DNA of 61,321 nt, counting the filler. It is 5 parts of 5 records of this genome, joined end to end, with 100 filler letters (N's around TTAATTAATTAA, not from the genome) between each part and the next. Parts side by side here need not be neighbours in the genome. Positions count along the whole stretch, not along the records: positions 17,642 to 28,120 come from DRR723986_17762; positions 28,221 to 38,192 come from DRR723986_17764; 3 more parts are not named here. One strand, written 5' to 3'. How positions within the stretch are numbered: position 1 is the first letter of the stretch; each line of letters opens with the position of its first letter. This document shows positions 18,707 through 28,221 of the stretch, in pieces. The translations under genes and the position numbers were made by a program. The notes under the pieces were generated by a model that was given only the letters and a program-made list of their open reading frames with translations, was not told where the DNA came from and searched no databases.

Positions 18707-18813
18707 GAGTTCTCTCCCGTTTGTTGGTGCTAGTTCGTTCGTATTGTCTTTCCTTTTTGGTCCGGGTCGGGCGGCCCTGTGCCGCCCGCCGGGTGGGTAT
18801 CGGTCTCAAGGCG

Positions 18814-20211
18814 TCAGGCGAGCACCTCGGGGTTGTGCGCCAGCTTTTGGCCAACCTCTTCAAGCGCCGCTTCGAGAATATCGAACATCTCGTCGATCTG
18901 CGCGCGGGTGATGATCAGCGGCGGAGAAAAAACCGCCATGTTGATCAACGGACGAACCAACAGCCCGCGATCTTCACAGGCCGTGTCGATCATTGCGCCA
19001 AGCTGGGTATCGCCGGCCAGGCTCTCGGCCTTGCCCTCGATGCAGCCAAGCAGGCCCATGCCGCGCGCGTCGCCGATAAAGTCGAACCGGGTCAGCGCCC
19101 TCAGCCGTGCCTGGAAATGCGGTGAAATATCCCGGACATGTTCGAGGATCTTTTCGCGTTTCAGGATTTCGATATTCGTCAACGCAGCGACGCAGCTGAC
19201 GGGATGGGCCGAATAGGTATAGCCGTTGGTGTAGGTCACTGGCTCATCGGGGGTGCTGATACGTTCCATCACCCGGTCCGAGATAATGCAGGCCCCAAGC
19301 GGCAAGTAGCCAGAGGTCAGGCCTTTGGCGCAGGTGATCATGTCGGGCTGGATGCCGAATACCTCTTCTGAACAAAACCAGTGCCCGAGACGCCCGAAGC
19401 CGGTCACGACCTCGTCCGAGATATACAGGATGTCATGTGCCCGGCAGATATCGAAGGTGCGCTTGTGATAGCCCGGCGGCGGCACGATCACCCCGCCCGA
19501 ACTGAGGATCGGTTCCGCGATGAAAGCGCCGATGTTTTCCGGCCCGACCTCGGCAATCGCGCGTTCCAGATCGGCCACCTTGGCGTCGCACCACGCCTCA
19601 ACGCTCATGCCTTCGGGGCGGCGATAGGGGTTCACGTCCGGCAGGAAATGGACCAGGCGGCTTTCCACATCAAACCGGTTCTTCGTGCGCTCCTTGCCCG
19701 TGACGCTGTGCGCCAGATAGGTCGACCCGTGATAGCCCTTTTCGCGTGCCAGAACGATTTTCTTGTCGGGGCGGCCCATGCGGTTATTCATGAAATGCAT
19801 TGTGCGAAGGGCAGTATCGACAGCCGTCGAGCCACCGGTGGTAAAGAAGACGTTGTTCAGATCCCCCGGCGCCATTTCCGCAAGCTCTTTGGCCAGAATC
19901 GCTGACGGTTCGGTGGTGTTGCTGAACGGTGAGGTGTAGGGCAGTTTGCGCACCTGAGCGGCGATCGCATCGGCCATTTCCTCGCGGCCATAGCCGATCT
20001 GCACGCACCACATCCCACCCGGCCCGTCCATGAACCGCTTGCCGTTGCCATCCCACAGGTAGATACCAGAGGCGGAATCGACCAGCATGTTGTTGTAGCC
20101 CTGCCAGTCGCCCACAGCCGCCCAAGGGTGCAGCTGGTGCAGCCTGTCCCATTCCTGCAGGGTATCGACGTCGGGGCCGTTATCCAGGGTGTTGACGGGT
20201 GTCAGTGCCAT
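18814..20211 (-). CDS. Class III (omega-amine) PLP aminotransferase
   Basis: GGSTAVD, YHGS, FIAEPI and [11 protein letters not shown]...[17 protein letters not shown] 20211 after GAAAGAGG. Confidence 0.9.
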   Translation of the reverse strand: MALTPVNTLDNGPDVDTLQEWDRLHQLHPWAAVGDWQGYNNMLVDSASGIYLWDGNGKRFMDGPGGMWCVQIGYGREEMADAIAAQVRKLPYTSPFSNTTEPSAILAKELAEMAPGDLNNVFFTTGGSTAVDTALRTMHFMNNRMGRPDKKIVLAREKGYHGSTYLAHSVTGKERTKNRFDVESRLVHFLPDVNPYRRPEGMSVEAWCDAKVADLERAIAEVGPENIGAFIAEPILSSGGVIVPPPGYHKRTFDICRAHDILYISDEVVTGFGRLGHWFCSEEVFGIQPDMITCAKGLTSGYLPLGACIISDRVMERISTPDEPVTYTNGYTYSAHPVSCVAALTNIEILKREKILEHVRDISPHFQARLRALTRFDFIGDARGMGLLGCIEGKAESLAGDTQLGAMIDTACEDRGLLVRPLINMAVFSPPLIITRAQIDEMFDILEAALEEVGQKLAHNPEVLA

Positions 20212-20236
20212 TGGTCTGCCTCTTTCATTATGTGCA

Positions 20237-21430
20237 TCAGAACGCACCCGGCGGCACGGCGCGCGCACGGGGGTTCTGAAAGAAGGGACGGGTTTCAACC
20301 GTCACCGGCACCATGCGCCGGTCCCACTGGCCTTCTTCGTTGATGTAGATTTCCGCCCACAAGTCCTCGGTTCGACGACCACCGAAGGGCGCCTTGAGCT
20401 CTGCCAGGGCGATGTTGCGCTTGGTCGTGGGCGACCAGACGCCCGAGGTGACATGGCCGACCTCGGTCTTCTTGCGATGATAGATCAGCGCACCGTCAGC
20501 CGGCTTGAACCCCCCGATATCCAGCTTCACCAAATGATAGCGCAGCCCCGCCTCTCGCTGCCGCAGCAGCGCCCGGCGACCGTTGAAATGGCCCTTGTCG
20601 AAATCGACCATCCAGCCGAAGCCAAGCTCCAGCGGGCTGCGTCCCCGCCCGAGGCGCATCGCAGTATGAACCGGCTGGAAATCGACCCGCGCGGCCACAA
20701 AGCCCGCCTCGATCCGGGCCAGGTTCAGCGCCTCGTAACCGATCGGGCGCAACCCGTGCCATTGCCCTGCCGCCCACAGCCGATCCCACAAGCCAAGCGC
20801 CTCGGACCAGTCGACCCACAGTTCATAGCCAAGATCGCCGGTAAAGCCGGTGCGGGATATCCACAATCCGGGCTCGATTTCGCGCCAGTCGAATGGCCTG
20901 AGGCTTGCCGCCTCACCCAACCCCGCACGGTCGAGGACGGAAAAGGCCGTGGGTCCCTGTAGCGACAACCCGGCGACGATGTCGGATTCGTCAGTTATCA
21001 TAACATCGTAGCCCCAGGCCGCATCACGCAGCCAGCTGAACATCGGTTCCTGACAGCACAGCCTGAAGTCGTCGCTATCGAAGCGGAACAGAGTGCCGTC
21101 GTCGATCACCATTCCCTCTTCATCGCACCACATGACATAGCCCACACGACCGTCACCCAGCTTGGCGACATCGCGCGTGACAAGGCGGTTGAGCATGTCC
21201 AGCGCGTCGGGACCGCTGATGCGATACTTATGCATCGGAGAGATGTCGAACAGCGTCGCCTGATTGCGGATCGCGAAGTACTCGAACTCGACCGTGTCCA
21301 TAACCGCGGGCGACAGATACCCGGCCCAGTTGACCCAGCTGTGAACCCGGCTGAGCGAGTGAAGCCGCTGGTGAAACGGGGTCGGCAGCAGGCAGTCGGG
21401 CACCGCAGGGGGGCGCAGGCGTTCTGTCAT
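20237..21430 (-). CDS. GcvT-like folate-binding aminomethyltransferase family protein
   Basis: [39 protein letters not shown] and RIEAG motifs; real start is ATG 21430 (ATGA overlap), not 22231. Confidence 0.9.
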   Translation of the reverse strand: MTERLRPPAVPDCLLPTPFHQRLHSLSRVHSWVNWAGYLSPAVMDTVEFEYFAIRNQATLFDISPMHKYRISGPDALDMLNRLVTRDVAKLGDGRVGYVMWCDEEGMVIDDGTLFRFDSDDFRLCCQEPMFSWLRDAAWGYDVMITDESDIVAGLSLQGPTAFSVLDRAGLGEAASLRPFDWREIEPGLWISRTGFTGDLGYELWVDWSEALGLWDRLWAAGQWHGLRPIGYEALNLARIEAGFVAARVDFQPVHTAMRLGRGRSPLELGFGWMVDFDKGHFNGRRALLRQREAGLRYHLVKLDIGGFKPADGALIYHRKKTEVGHVTSGVWSPTTKRNIALAELKAPFGGRRTEDLWAEIYINEEGQWDRRMVPVTVETRPFFQNPRARAVPPGAF

Positions 21431-23007
21431 GACAGACCTCCATCCTTGAGTGCCTGCACGGCGGCATTGCGTCCCGGTGCGCCGGTGACGTCGCCCCCGG
21501 GATGGGCCGAAGCCCCGCAAAGGTAGAGACCGGCCACGGGGCAGCGATAGTGTGACAATCCATGTGCCGGTCGCAGCGTCAGAACCTGATCGAGGCCCAT
21601 CTCGGCATGATGCCAGTGCCCGCCCGGGGCGCCGGTGCGCGTCTCGATATCTGCGGGGGTAAGCAGGCTTTGGTGATCGATCAGGGCGGACAGGCCTGGT
21701 GCATATTCCTCCAACGTTGCGACGGCTCTGCGGATCATCTCGTCCCGCGTCTCGTCGCTCCATCCGCCGCTTGGGGCATGCGGCACATGGGACAGAACGG
21801 CAGAAAGAACGTGCTGCCCGGTCGTGCTCAGACCCTGGTCGGACAGGGTCGGCAAAACGAACTCGATCGTCGGGCTTTTCGGCAGTTCCCCGTATTTCGC
21901 CGGGTTGAACGCGCGTTCCACCGACGCAACGGATGGCGCGATCAACAGCCGCGCCCGCATCAGGTCTGGTCCAAGGCCGGCAATCACAGGCGCGGCCTTC
22001 AAGACGAGGTTCAGCTTGGCCGCGCTGCCCTTGCAGCGCAGGTTCCGCAAGCGGCGCACCGCCTCGATATCGAAATGGGCTGGCCCGGCCATGGCCATTG
22101 TCTGCGCCGGTCCCGCACTCGACAGGACAACGCGGCAGGTGATGATTTCGCCCGAGGCAAGCTCTACGCCCTGCACACGATCCTCCTGCACCACAATCCG
22201 GGCCACGCCATCGCCCGTTCGGATCGTGCAACCCGCAGCCTGCGCCGCCTTGGCAAGTCTGGACGACAGCGCCCCCATCCCCCCGATCGGCAGGCGCACA
22301 TGTCCACCTTCATTTCCCAGACGATACATCAGCGAAAACACGGTGCCGGGCGAGCGCGGCCCCGCAAAGGCACCGCGCACCGCGTCAGCAGCCAATGCAC
22401 CCGGCAATGGCCCGTCCGCGAGCTCGTCAAGCAGCAAATCGGAAACATTGGACAGCAGGATGCGCAGGAATTCCCGCATCTCGGTCTTGCCCATCCGCTT
22501 CAGCCCAAGCCCCAACTTGCCAAGCCGGGCCAATTCACCCAAGCCCGCGATGCCGCCCGGCAATTCCGGCGGCGCATGGTTGGACAACTGTGCCAGCAAT
22601 GCCGAAAATCTGCGCAAGCGGCGGATCAGAAGGGCATAGGCCTGCGCCTCGGGATGTGCCGAACCATCGGCGAAATGTACGGTTTCATCGGTCAGAACCA
22701 CGTGCCGCCCGCCCGGGCAGAGCGCTACGGTCGGCAGGTCCACGCAGGCTTGTTCAATTTCGGCGGCAAGGCCAAGTTCCCGTATGACAGCGGGGTTGAG
22801 ATTGTAGAGGAGATGCGCCAGTTCGGGGCCCTCGACCCCCGCAGCCAAGTCCACGTTGCGGGCCATGCCGCCGAGAGACTCGGCGCGTTCAACAACGCAT
22901 ACCGATTTACCCTTGCGCGCAAGCGTGGCGGCGGCGGCCAAGCCGTTATGCCCCGCCCCGATGACCACCACATCGACCTGCTGTGTCATCCCCGCGCCCG
23001 CCATCAT
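21427..23007 (-). CDS. Phytoene-dehydrogenase-like (PYROXD2-like) FAD oxidoreductase, copy B
   Basis: IGAGHNGL dinucleotide fold, PIGGMGAL, LYLCGASAHPGGDVTGAPG. Confidence 0.85.
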   Translation of the reverse strand: MMAGAGMTQQVDVVVIGAGHNGLAAAATLARKGKSVCVVERAESLGGMARNVDLAAGVEGPELAHLLYNLNPAVIRELGLAAEIEQACVDLPTVALCPGGRHVVLTDETVHFADGSAHPEAQAYALLIRRLRRFSALLAQLSNHAPPELPGGIAGLGELARLGKLGLGLKRMGKTEMREFLRILLSNVSDLLLDELADGPLPGALAADAVRGAFAGPRSPGTVFSLMYRLGNEGGHVRLPIGGMGALSSRLAKAAQAAGCTIRTGDGVARIVVQEDRVQGVELASGEIITCRVVLSSAGPAQTMAMAGPAHFDIEAVRRLRNLRCKGSAAKLNLVLKAAPVIAGLGPDLMRARLLIAPSVASVERAFNPAKYGELPKSPTIEFVLPTLSDQGLSTTGQHVLSAVLSHVPHAPSGGWSDETRDEMIRRAVATLEEYAPGLSALIDHQSLLTPADIETRTGAPGGHWHHAEMGLDQVLTLRPAHGLSHYRCPVAGLYLCGASAHPGGDVTGAPGRNAAVQALKDGGLS

Positions 23008-24641
23008 GCCGCATATCCCGGCAGGGTCTTGCCCTTGCCCAGTCGGCGCAAAATCTCGCGCGCGGCATTCGCACCCGGAGCCGCCATCACCCCGCCACCG
23101 GGATGTGCTGACGAGCCGACGATATACAAACCCTCGATAGGGCTGTCATATTGCGCGTATCCAGGCACCGGGCGATTGAACAGAAGCTGATCGAAGGTCA
23201 GTTCGCCCTGAAAGATATTGCCCTCGGTCAAACCAACCTCGCGTTCGATATCAAGCGGCGTGCGAATTTCGGCATGAACCACGCGCGATCTGATATCCGG
23301 GCACACCTGTTCGATCTTGTCGAACACGCAGTCGGCAAAGGCGGCGCGGGTGCTGTCGGTCCAGTTCTCGCCGCTGCGCACGCCATCAACGTTCAGATCA
23401 TAGGGGGCATATTGAACGAAGACGGTCATCATGTGCTTGCCCGGCGGGGCCATGGTCGGGTCAATCTGCGAGGGGATCAGCATGTCGAAATAGGGCTCGG
23501 ACGACCACAGACCCTCTTTCCAGTCGTCATAGGCGCGTTCCAGCTCTTGCAGCGAGGTCGAGGCATGAAGATCGCCGCGCAGGAATGAGGCCCCTTCGGG
23601 CGCGGCGGGGAAACTGGGCAGCGCATCCAGCGCGATGTTCAGTTTGCCGCTGGACCCGCGGATCTTGAACCGCTCGACCGCCCTTCGGTAGTCTGATGGC
23701 AGATCGGCGGCGTCGGTGTGGGTCAGGAAGGTGCGCTTGACGTCCATGTTCGAGGCGACGACCGGCGCGTGATATGTGTCGCCATTGTCCAGCGCCACAC
23801 CGGTCACACGCCCGTTCTGCACCAAGAAACGATCAATGCCCGAACCGGTGACAATGGTGCCGCCCGCCTCTTCCAGGCTGGCCCCGAGTGCTGCCGAGAT
23901 CGCCCCCATTCCGCCGCGCGCGAAGCCCCATGATCCGATCGCGCCATCGACATCACCCATATAGTGATGCAGCAACACATATGCAGTGCCCGGCGAATAG
24001 ACCCCAAGCCCCGTGCCGATGATGCCCGAACCCGCGAGATGCGCCTTGATCAGGTCTGACTCGAAATGTTCGTCAAGGAAGTCGCCAATCGACATCGTCC
24101 AGAAACGCAGGGTTTCAGCCAGTTCGCGCGCGCCCAGATCATGGGCCTTGCGAACGAGGAACATGAGCTCGCCGATATCACGCGGTTTCAGCGATGTGGG
24201 GTCCGGTGCATTGCGCAGCAGGAAGGGCCGGATAAAGCGACACTGCCGGATGACGGTCTGACTGAACCGGTCGTAGGCGTCGACATCATTGGGGTTGTGG
24301 CGACCGATTTCGCGGCGCAGCGTGTCATGGTCCGAATGATAGGCGAAATAGTCCCCGTCCGGCGTGAACGTTGCCCCGCCCTCATAGGGGATCACCTGAA
24401 GCCCGTATTTTGTCAGCTCCAGATCGCGCACGATTTCCCGGCGCAGAAGAGAACAGACATACGAGCAGTTGGAATAGGTCCAGCCCTCGTGCAGCGACCG
24501 GCTGACAGCAGCCCCACCGATCCAGTCGTTCTTCTCGACCACCATCACCTTGAGGCCGGCCCGAGCAAGATAACAGGCGGCGGTCAGCCCATTGTGCCCT
24601 GCCCCCACAACGATTGCGTCAAATCGGTCCTGTCGTCCCAT
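23004..24641 (-). CDS. Phytoene-dehydrogenase-like (PYROXD2-like) FAD oxidoreductase, copy A
   Basis: VGAGHNGL, GGMGAIS, GLTEGNIFQGEL, GSSAHPGGGVMAAPG; ATG 24641 after GGAGGG. Confidence 0.88.
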   Translation of the reverse strand: MGRQDRFDAIVVGAGHNGLTAACYLARAGLKVMVVEKNDWIGGAAVSRSLHEGWTYSNCSYVCSLLRREIVRDLELTKYGLQVIPYEGGATFTPDGDYFAYHSDHDTLRREIGRHNPNDVDAYDRFSQTVIRQCRFIRPFLLRNAPDPTSLKPRDIGELMFLVRKAHDLGARELAETLRFWTMSIGDFLDEHFESDLIKAHLAGSGIIGTGLGVYSPGTAYVLLHHYMGDVDGAIGSWGFARGGMGAISAALGASLEEAGGTIVTGSGIDRFLVQNGRVTGVALDNGDTYHAPVVASNMDVKRTFLTHTDAADLPSDYRRAVERFKIRGSSGKLNIALDALPSFPAAPEGASFLRGDLHASTSLQELERAYDDWKEGLWSSEPYFDMLIPSQIDPTMAPPGKHMMTVFVQYAPYDLNVDGVRSGENWTDSTRAAFADCVFDKIEQVCPDIRSRVVHAEIRTPLDIEREVGLTEGNIFQGELTFDQLLFNRPVPGYAQYDSPIEGLYIVGSSAHPGGGVMAAPGANAAREILRRLGKGKTLPGYAA

Positions 24642-24696
24642 ATACCCTCCGAGAGTCGCAGTCAGGGTAAGCGAGCATCTCATCATGGTAAAGTTT

Positions 24697-24710
24697 TTTG
24701 AGCGCTCAAA
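24697..24710. promoter_or_regulatory. Palindromic operator between the operon and the TetR gene
   Basis: Perfect 14-bp palindrome TTTGAGCGCTCAAA in the AT-rich divergent intergenic region. Confidence 0.7.
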
Positions 24711-24793
24711 CAAAAATATTATACTGACAGCCCTCGACTGTTGTGAAAAGACTCGGGTAATCGTCATCCTAGACGCCGGAGGAGCACTGCCCA

Positions 24794-25438
24794 GTGGCCG
24801 AAGCCAGACCCAGGAAAGAACGCAAAGGCAATGCCGACAAGCGCCGACGGCAGATTCTGGACGCGGTGTACAGATCGGTCGTCACCCACGGGCTCGCCCG
24901 TACCACTCTGGCTACGATCGCCGATGAAGCGGGTCTGTCGCAGGGCGTCGCAGTCTTTTACTTCAAGACCAAGAACGGCGTTCTCAGCGAAGCCTTGCGT
25001 GATCTGTACGAGACCTACACCGCCCATTGGCAGACGGCACTGGCCGATTCAGATCCTGACCCGGTGTGCCAATTGGTTGCGGTCATCTCGGCGGATTTCG
25101 CCCCAAATGTCTGCAATTCCTCGACATTGTCTGTCTGGTTCGCGTTCTGGGGCGAGCAGAAATTCATCCCCCAATATGCCGACATCACATCAGAATACAG
25201 CACCGGGCGCACCAAGGCGCTGCTGGATATATTCAGCCAGCTGGTTCCCGGCGACGAGGCCCGCGCCCGCGATCTCGCCCAATGGGTCGATACGCTGACG
25301 GATGGCTATTGGCAGCACCAGCATCTGATGCCCGAGGACTTCGACGCCGACCGGGCCTTGCAGGCCACCATGCGGTTCCTGTGTGCCGCCCTGCCCGACT
25401 ATGCGCCAAAGCTCGAAGCCTGTTTTGCAGCGCGATGA
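24794..25438 (+). CDS. TetR family regulator, BetI-like
   Basis: RRRQILDA...TLATIADEAGLSQGVAVFYFKTK HTH; WFAFWGE in the C-terminal domain. Confidence 0.85.
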   Translation: MAEARPRKERKGNADKRRRQILDAVYRSVVTHGLARTTLATIADEAGLSQGVAVFYFKTKNGVLSEALRDLYETYTAHWQTALADSDPDPVCQLVAVISADFAPNVCNSSTLSVWFAFWGEQKFIPQYADITSEYSTGRTKALLDIFSQLVPGDEARARDLAQWVDTLTDGYWQHQHLMPEDFDADRALQATMRFLCAALPDYAPKLEACFAAR

Positions 25439-25527
25439 CTGTCAGAAACGGGCGGCAAAATGATACGGCCAGCAAACGGGCAGGATAACAGTGCTGAACA
25501 CCGTCTTTCCCGCAGCTTGGGAAGTGA

Positions 25528-25911
25528 TCAGGGCGCGGGACAAAGCGGCGTGAAGTCGAACATCACGATCTGGTCGTCGATCAGTTCGAATTCCACCGCG
25601 CTGCTGCACTCACTGGCGGTGGTGGCCGAACCCGATAGCTCCGCCTGACTGCCACTGACGCTGATCGAGGAGAACGAGACGTCCACGTAAGGTTCTGATC
25701 CCTCGAACATCTGTTCCAGATCCGCCTCGGTCAATTGCTGCTGCAATTGCGGATGCAAGCGGGCGCGCGCGGCGGAGAACTCGCCGGCGGACACATCCTC
25801 GACAAATCCCCGCGCATGATCGCGCGCACCCGAGCTTACGAGCATCACAACCCCGAAAATCAGGCCGCCGACAACCACAATCCCAAGAATGACCCGTACA
25901 ATAGTTTTCAT
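25528..25911 (-). CDS. Small membrane-anchored hypothetical protein
   Basis: ATG 25911 after AAAGGA; one N-terminal hydrophobic helix; Cys pair near the C-terminus. Confidence 0.65.
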   Translation of the reverse strand: MKTIVRVILGIVVVGGLIFGVVMLVSSGARDHARGFVEDVSAGEFSAARARLHPQLQQQLTEADLEQMFEGSEPYVDVSFSSISVSGSQAELSGSATTASECSSAVEFELIDDQIVMFDFTPLCPAP

Positions 25912-25997
25912 GGCAAATGTCCTTTCACCCTGCGGCAACCCGAATCCGTGCCGCATGGCAAAAGCATAGCGCGTCAGGGGCGTTTCTCGCCATACCG

Positions 25998-26690
25998 TCA
26001 AGTACGGGCTTTCTCGAACGCCTCCCAAGCCGCTTCGAACGCGGCAAAGTCGAACCCTTCTGCGCGCGCCGGATCCAGCACAAGCCTTTCGGTGATCTGC
26101 ATCTTGGAAATGGCCGCCGCCAGCTGATCCACCACTTCGGGCGGGATCACAACCGCGCCATGACGATCCGCATGGATCAGATCTCCGGGGTGCACATCCA
26201 TCCCCATGATCTGCACGGGTTGATTGATGCTGCGTACATGCACGAACCCGTGGCTAGGGCCGATGCTGCCGGCCACGACGGGAAAGTCCGGCGCCATATC
26301 GCCAAGGTCGCGCATGACGCCGTTGGTCAGCGCGCCCGACATGCCGAAGCCCTTGTGGATCGTGGTGTTGACCTCGCCCCAGTAGGCACCGATGGCGTTC
26401 GGGTAATCCAGATCCTCGACCACCGCGACCGAGGGCTTCGGTCCCTCCGCCATCGCCTTGTAATAGGCCATCCGGCGGGCGCGGATGGTGGCGGGATCTT
26501 CGGTCGGCGGTTCGACCGCTGCGATCTGCGCGGTCACGGCGTATCCCACCATCACGCCCTGCGGATCATTTATCTGCATGGTGCCGCGGGTGAAGGCGTT
26601 GAAGCCGCGCTTTCCTTGGGCCACTTCGATGGCGTTGCAGACGGTGGGGGTATCGACGCTGCGCAGCAGGTCCAGAAGCGTGTTGTCCAT
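25998..26690 (-). CDS. RraA/HMG-aldolase-like family protein
   Basis: DTPTVCNA, GAYWGEV and TNGVMRD...PGDLIHADRHGAVVIP. Confidence 0.85.
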   Translation of the reverse strand: MDNTLLDLLRSVDTPTVCNAIEVAQGKRGFNAFTRGTMQINDPQGVMVGYAVTAQIAAVEPPTEDPATIRARRMAYYKAMAEGPKPSVAVVEDLDYPNAIGAYWGEVNTTIHKGFGMSGALTNGVMRDLGDMAPDFPVVAGSIGPSHGFVHVRSINQPVQIMGMDVHPGDLIHADRHGAVVIPPEVVDQLAAAISKMQITERLVLDPARAEGFDFAAFEAAWEAFEKART

Positions 26691-27382
26691 CAGTCCTCCA
26701 GCCAGCGGATCAGGGCCGCCGTGGTGATTTCGGGTTGTTCCAGCGTGGGCAGATGGCCCGCGTTTTCGATGATTTCGAGCTGGCTGTTGTGCAGCAGATC
26801 ATGCATCAATTCGTGGCGTTCCACCGGGCAAAGCGCATCGTGCCGCCCGCACAGGACCAGCGCCTTTCCCCGATAGCCACGCAGGGTATCCTGCTGATCG
26901 GGGCGGTCGCGCAAAGCTATGGATTGGTTGAGAAAAACCTGCGGTCCGAGGGTCAGCGCCATGTCCATGCAAAGATCAAGGATGGCTGATTTCCCGGGGC
27001 TGTCGACGAGGTAGTTGGGCTTCATCTCATCGCGCATGACCTCTCGCAAACGGCCCACCTTCACCGCGGCCATCTGCGGATCACGGCGGGCTTTCACCTC
27101 ATCGAGTTCCGCGCGTGGATTGGTGTCGAGCAACGCCAGCTTTTCCACACGGTGAGGGGCTTGCCGCAGAACCTCCATCGCCAGAATGCCGCCCATGGAC
27201 AGCCCAGCGAGGGCAAAGCGCGGGGGGGCGTCTCCCAACACCTGCCGCGCCAGTTCGGCCATGCCATCGGACCCTGTCATAGGCGCGGTCATGATCGCGC
27301 GCGACCCTGAAAGCGCTGATATCTGGGGGAAAAACAGCCGGGCATCGCACATCATGCCCGGCAGGAGCACAAGCGGAAGCAT
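26690..27382 (-). CDS. Alpha/beta fold hydrolase
   Basis: GLSMGG nucleophile elbow, GRHD, AGHLPTLE. Confidence 0.88.
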   Translation of the reverse strand: MLPLVLLPGMMCDARLFFPQISALSGSRAIMTAPMTGSDGMAELARQVLGDAPPRFALAGLSMGGILAMEVLRQAPHRVEKLALLDTNPRAELDEVKARRDPQMAAVKVGRLREVMRDEMKPNYLVDSPGKSAILDLCMDMALTLGPQVFLNQSIALRDRPDQQDTLRGYRGKALVLCGRHDALCPVERHELMHDLLHNSQLEIIENAGHLPTLEQPEITTAALIRWLED

Positions 27383-27384
27383 CG

Positions 27385-28119
27385 CTAGCCAGCCAGCGCC
27401 GCGCCGTCGGAGAGCGCCCGGAGTTTCGCATAGGCAATCGACGGATCAACCGCGCCGAACCCCGCGAAAGTGCCAAAGCCACAATCGCTGCCGGCGATGA
27501 CACGATCTGCACCGACAATGTCGGTAAATCTCTGAATTCGTTGCGAAACAAGCTCCGGATGCTCCACAAAATTCGTTGTCGTATCGACAACGCCGGGGAC
27601 CAGGATCTTGTCCTCGGGGATATCCGCCTTGCGGTCGCGGAAAACGGTCCATTCATGGCCATGGCGCGGGTTCGACGTTTCGAACAGAACATAGCGCGAT
27701 TTCGTCGACATCAGCGTGTCGAACATCTTGGCCATGGGAATGTCGCAGCAATGGGGGCCTTCGTAATTTCCCCAGCAAATATGGACCCTTACGCGATCTT
27801 GCGGCACGTTCTGAAGCGCGTGGTTCAGCGCCTCTACATGCATATTGGCGATCTTCAGGAACTCAGCATCCGACAAATCGGTAAACAACATATGTCTGGA
27901 CAGCGCCAGATCGGGGCAATCGAGTTGCAAATCGAGACCCGACGCGACGATCGTCTCGTATTCCGCCTTCATCGCGTCAGCCAAAGCAGCCAGGTAGGCC
28001 TCTCGCGATTTGTAGAAATCATTCTGCAAAAACAGAGAGATAACGCCGGGGCTGGCAGCATTCATAAAACCACGTTCGACCCCATGTTCCGCCATCGCCG
28101 CCTTGAGATTGGCGATGTC
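27385..28119 (-). CDS. Cobalamin-independent methionine synthase II / epoxyalkane:CoM transferase-like Zn enzyme, 5'-truncated
   Basis: LQLDCP, HICWGNY (HxC Zn ligands) and SDCGF; frame is open to the spacer. Confidence 0.82.
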   Translation of the reverse strand, partial: DIANLKAAMAEHGVERGFMNAASPGVISLFLQNDFYKSREAYLAALADAMKAEYETIVASGLDLQLDCPDLALSRHMLFTDLSDAEFLKIANMHVEALNHALQNVPQDRVRVHICWGNYEGPHCCDIPMAKMFDTLMSTKSRYVLFETSNPRHGHEWTVFRDRKADIPEDKILVPGVVDTTTNFVEHPELVSQRIQRFTDIVGADRVIAGSDCGFGTFAGFGAVDPSIAYAKLRALSDGAALAG

Positions 28120-28120
28120 T

Positions 28121-28220
28121 NNNNNNNNNNNNNNNNNNNNNNNNNNNNNNNNNNNNNNNNNNNNTTAATTAATTAANNNNNNNNNNNNNNNNNNNNNNNN
28201 NNNNNNNNNNNNNNNNNNNN
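28121..28220. other. Artificial contig spacer
   Basis: N-run/TTAATTAATTAA/N-run. Confidence 0.98.
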
Positions 28221-28221
28221 C

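Noticed and set aside
20237-22231. 664-aa ORF suggesting a GcvT fusion protein
   Set aside because: The extra N-terminal ~267 aa is an off-frame overlap with the flavoprotein gene; the real start is ATG 21430.
21427-24641. Carotenoid biosynthesis (crtI/crtO) call for the two flavoproteins
   Set aside because: No crtB/crtE/crtY nearby; the neighbours are amine-metabolism and transport genes.
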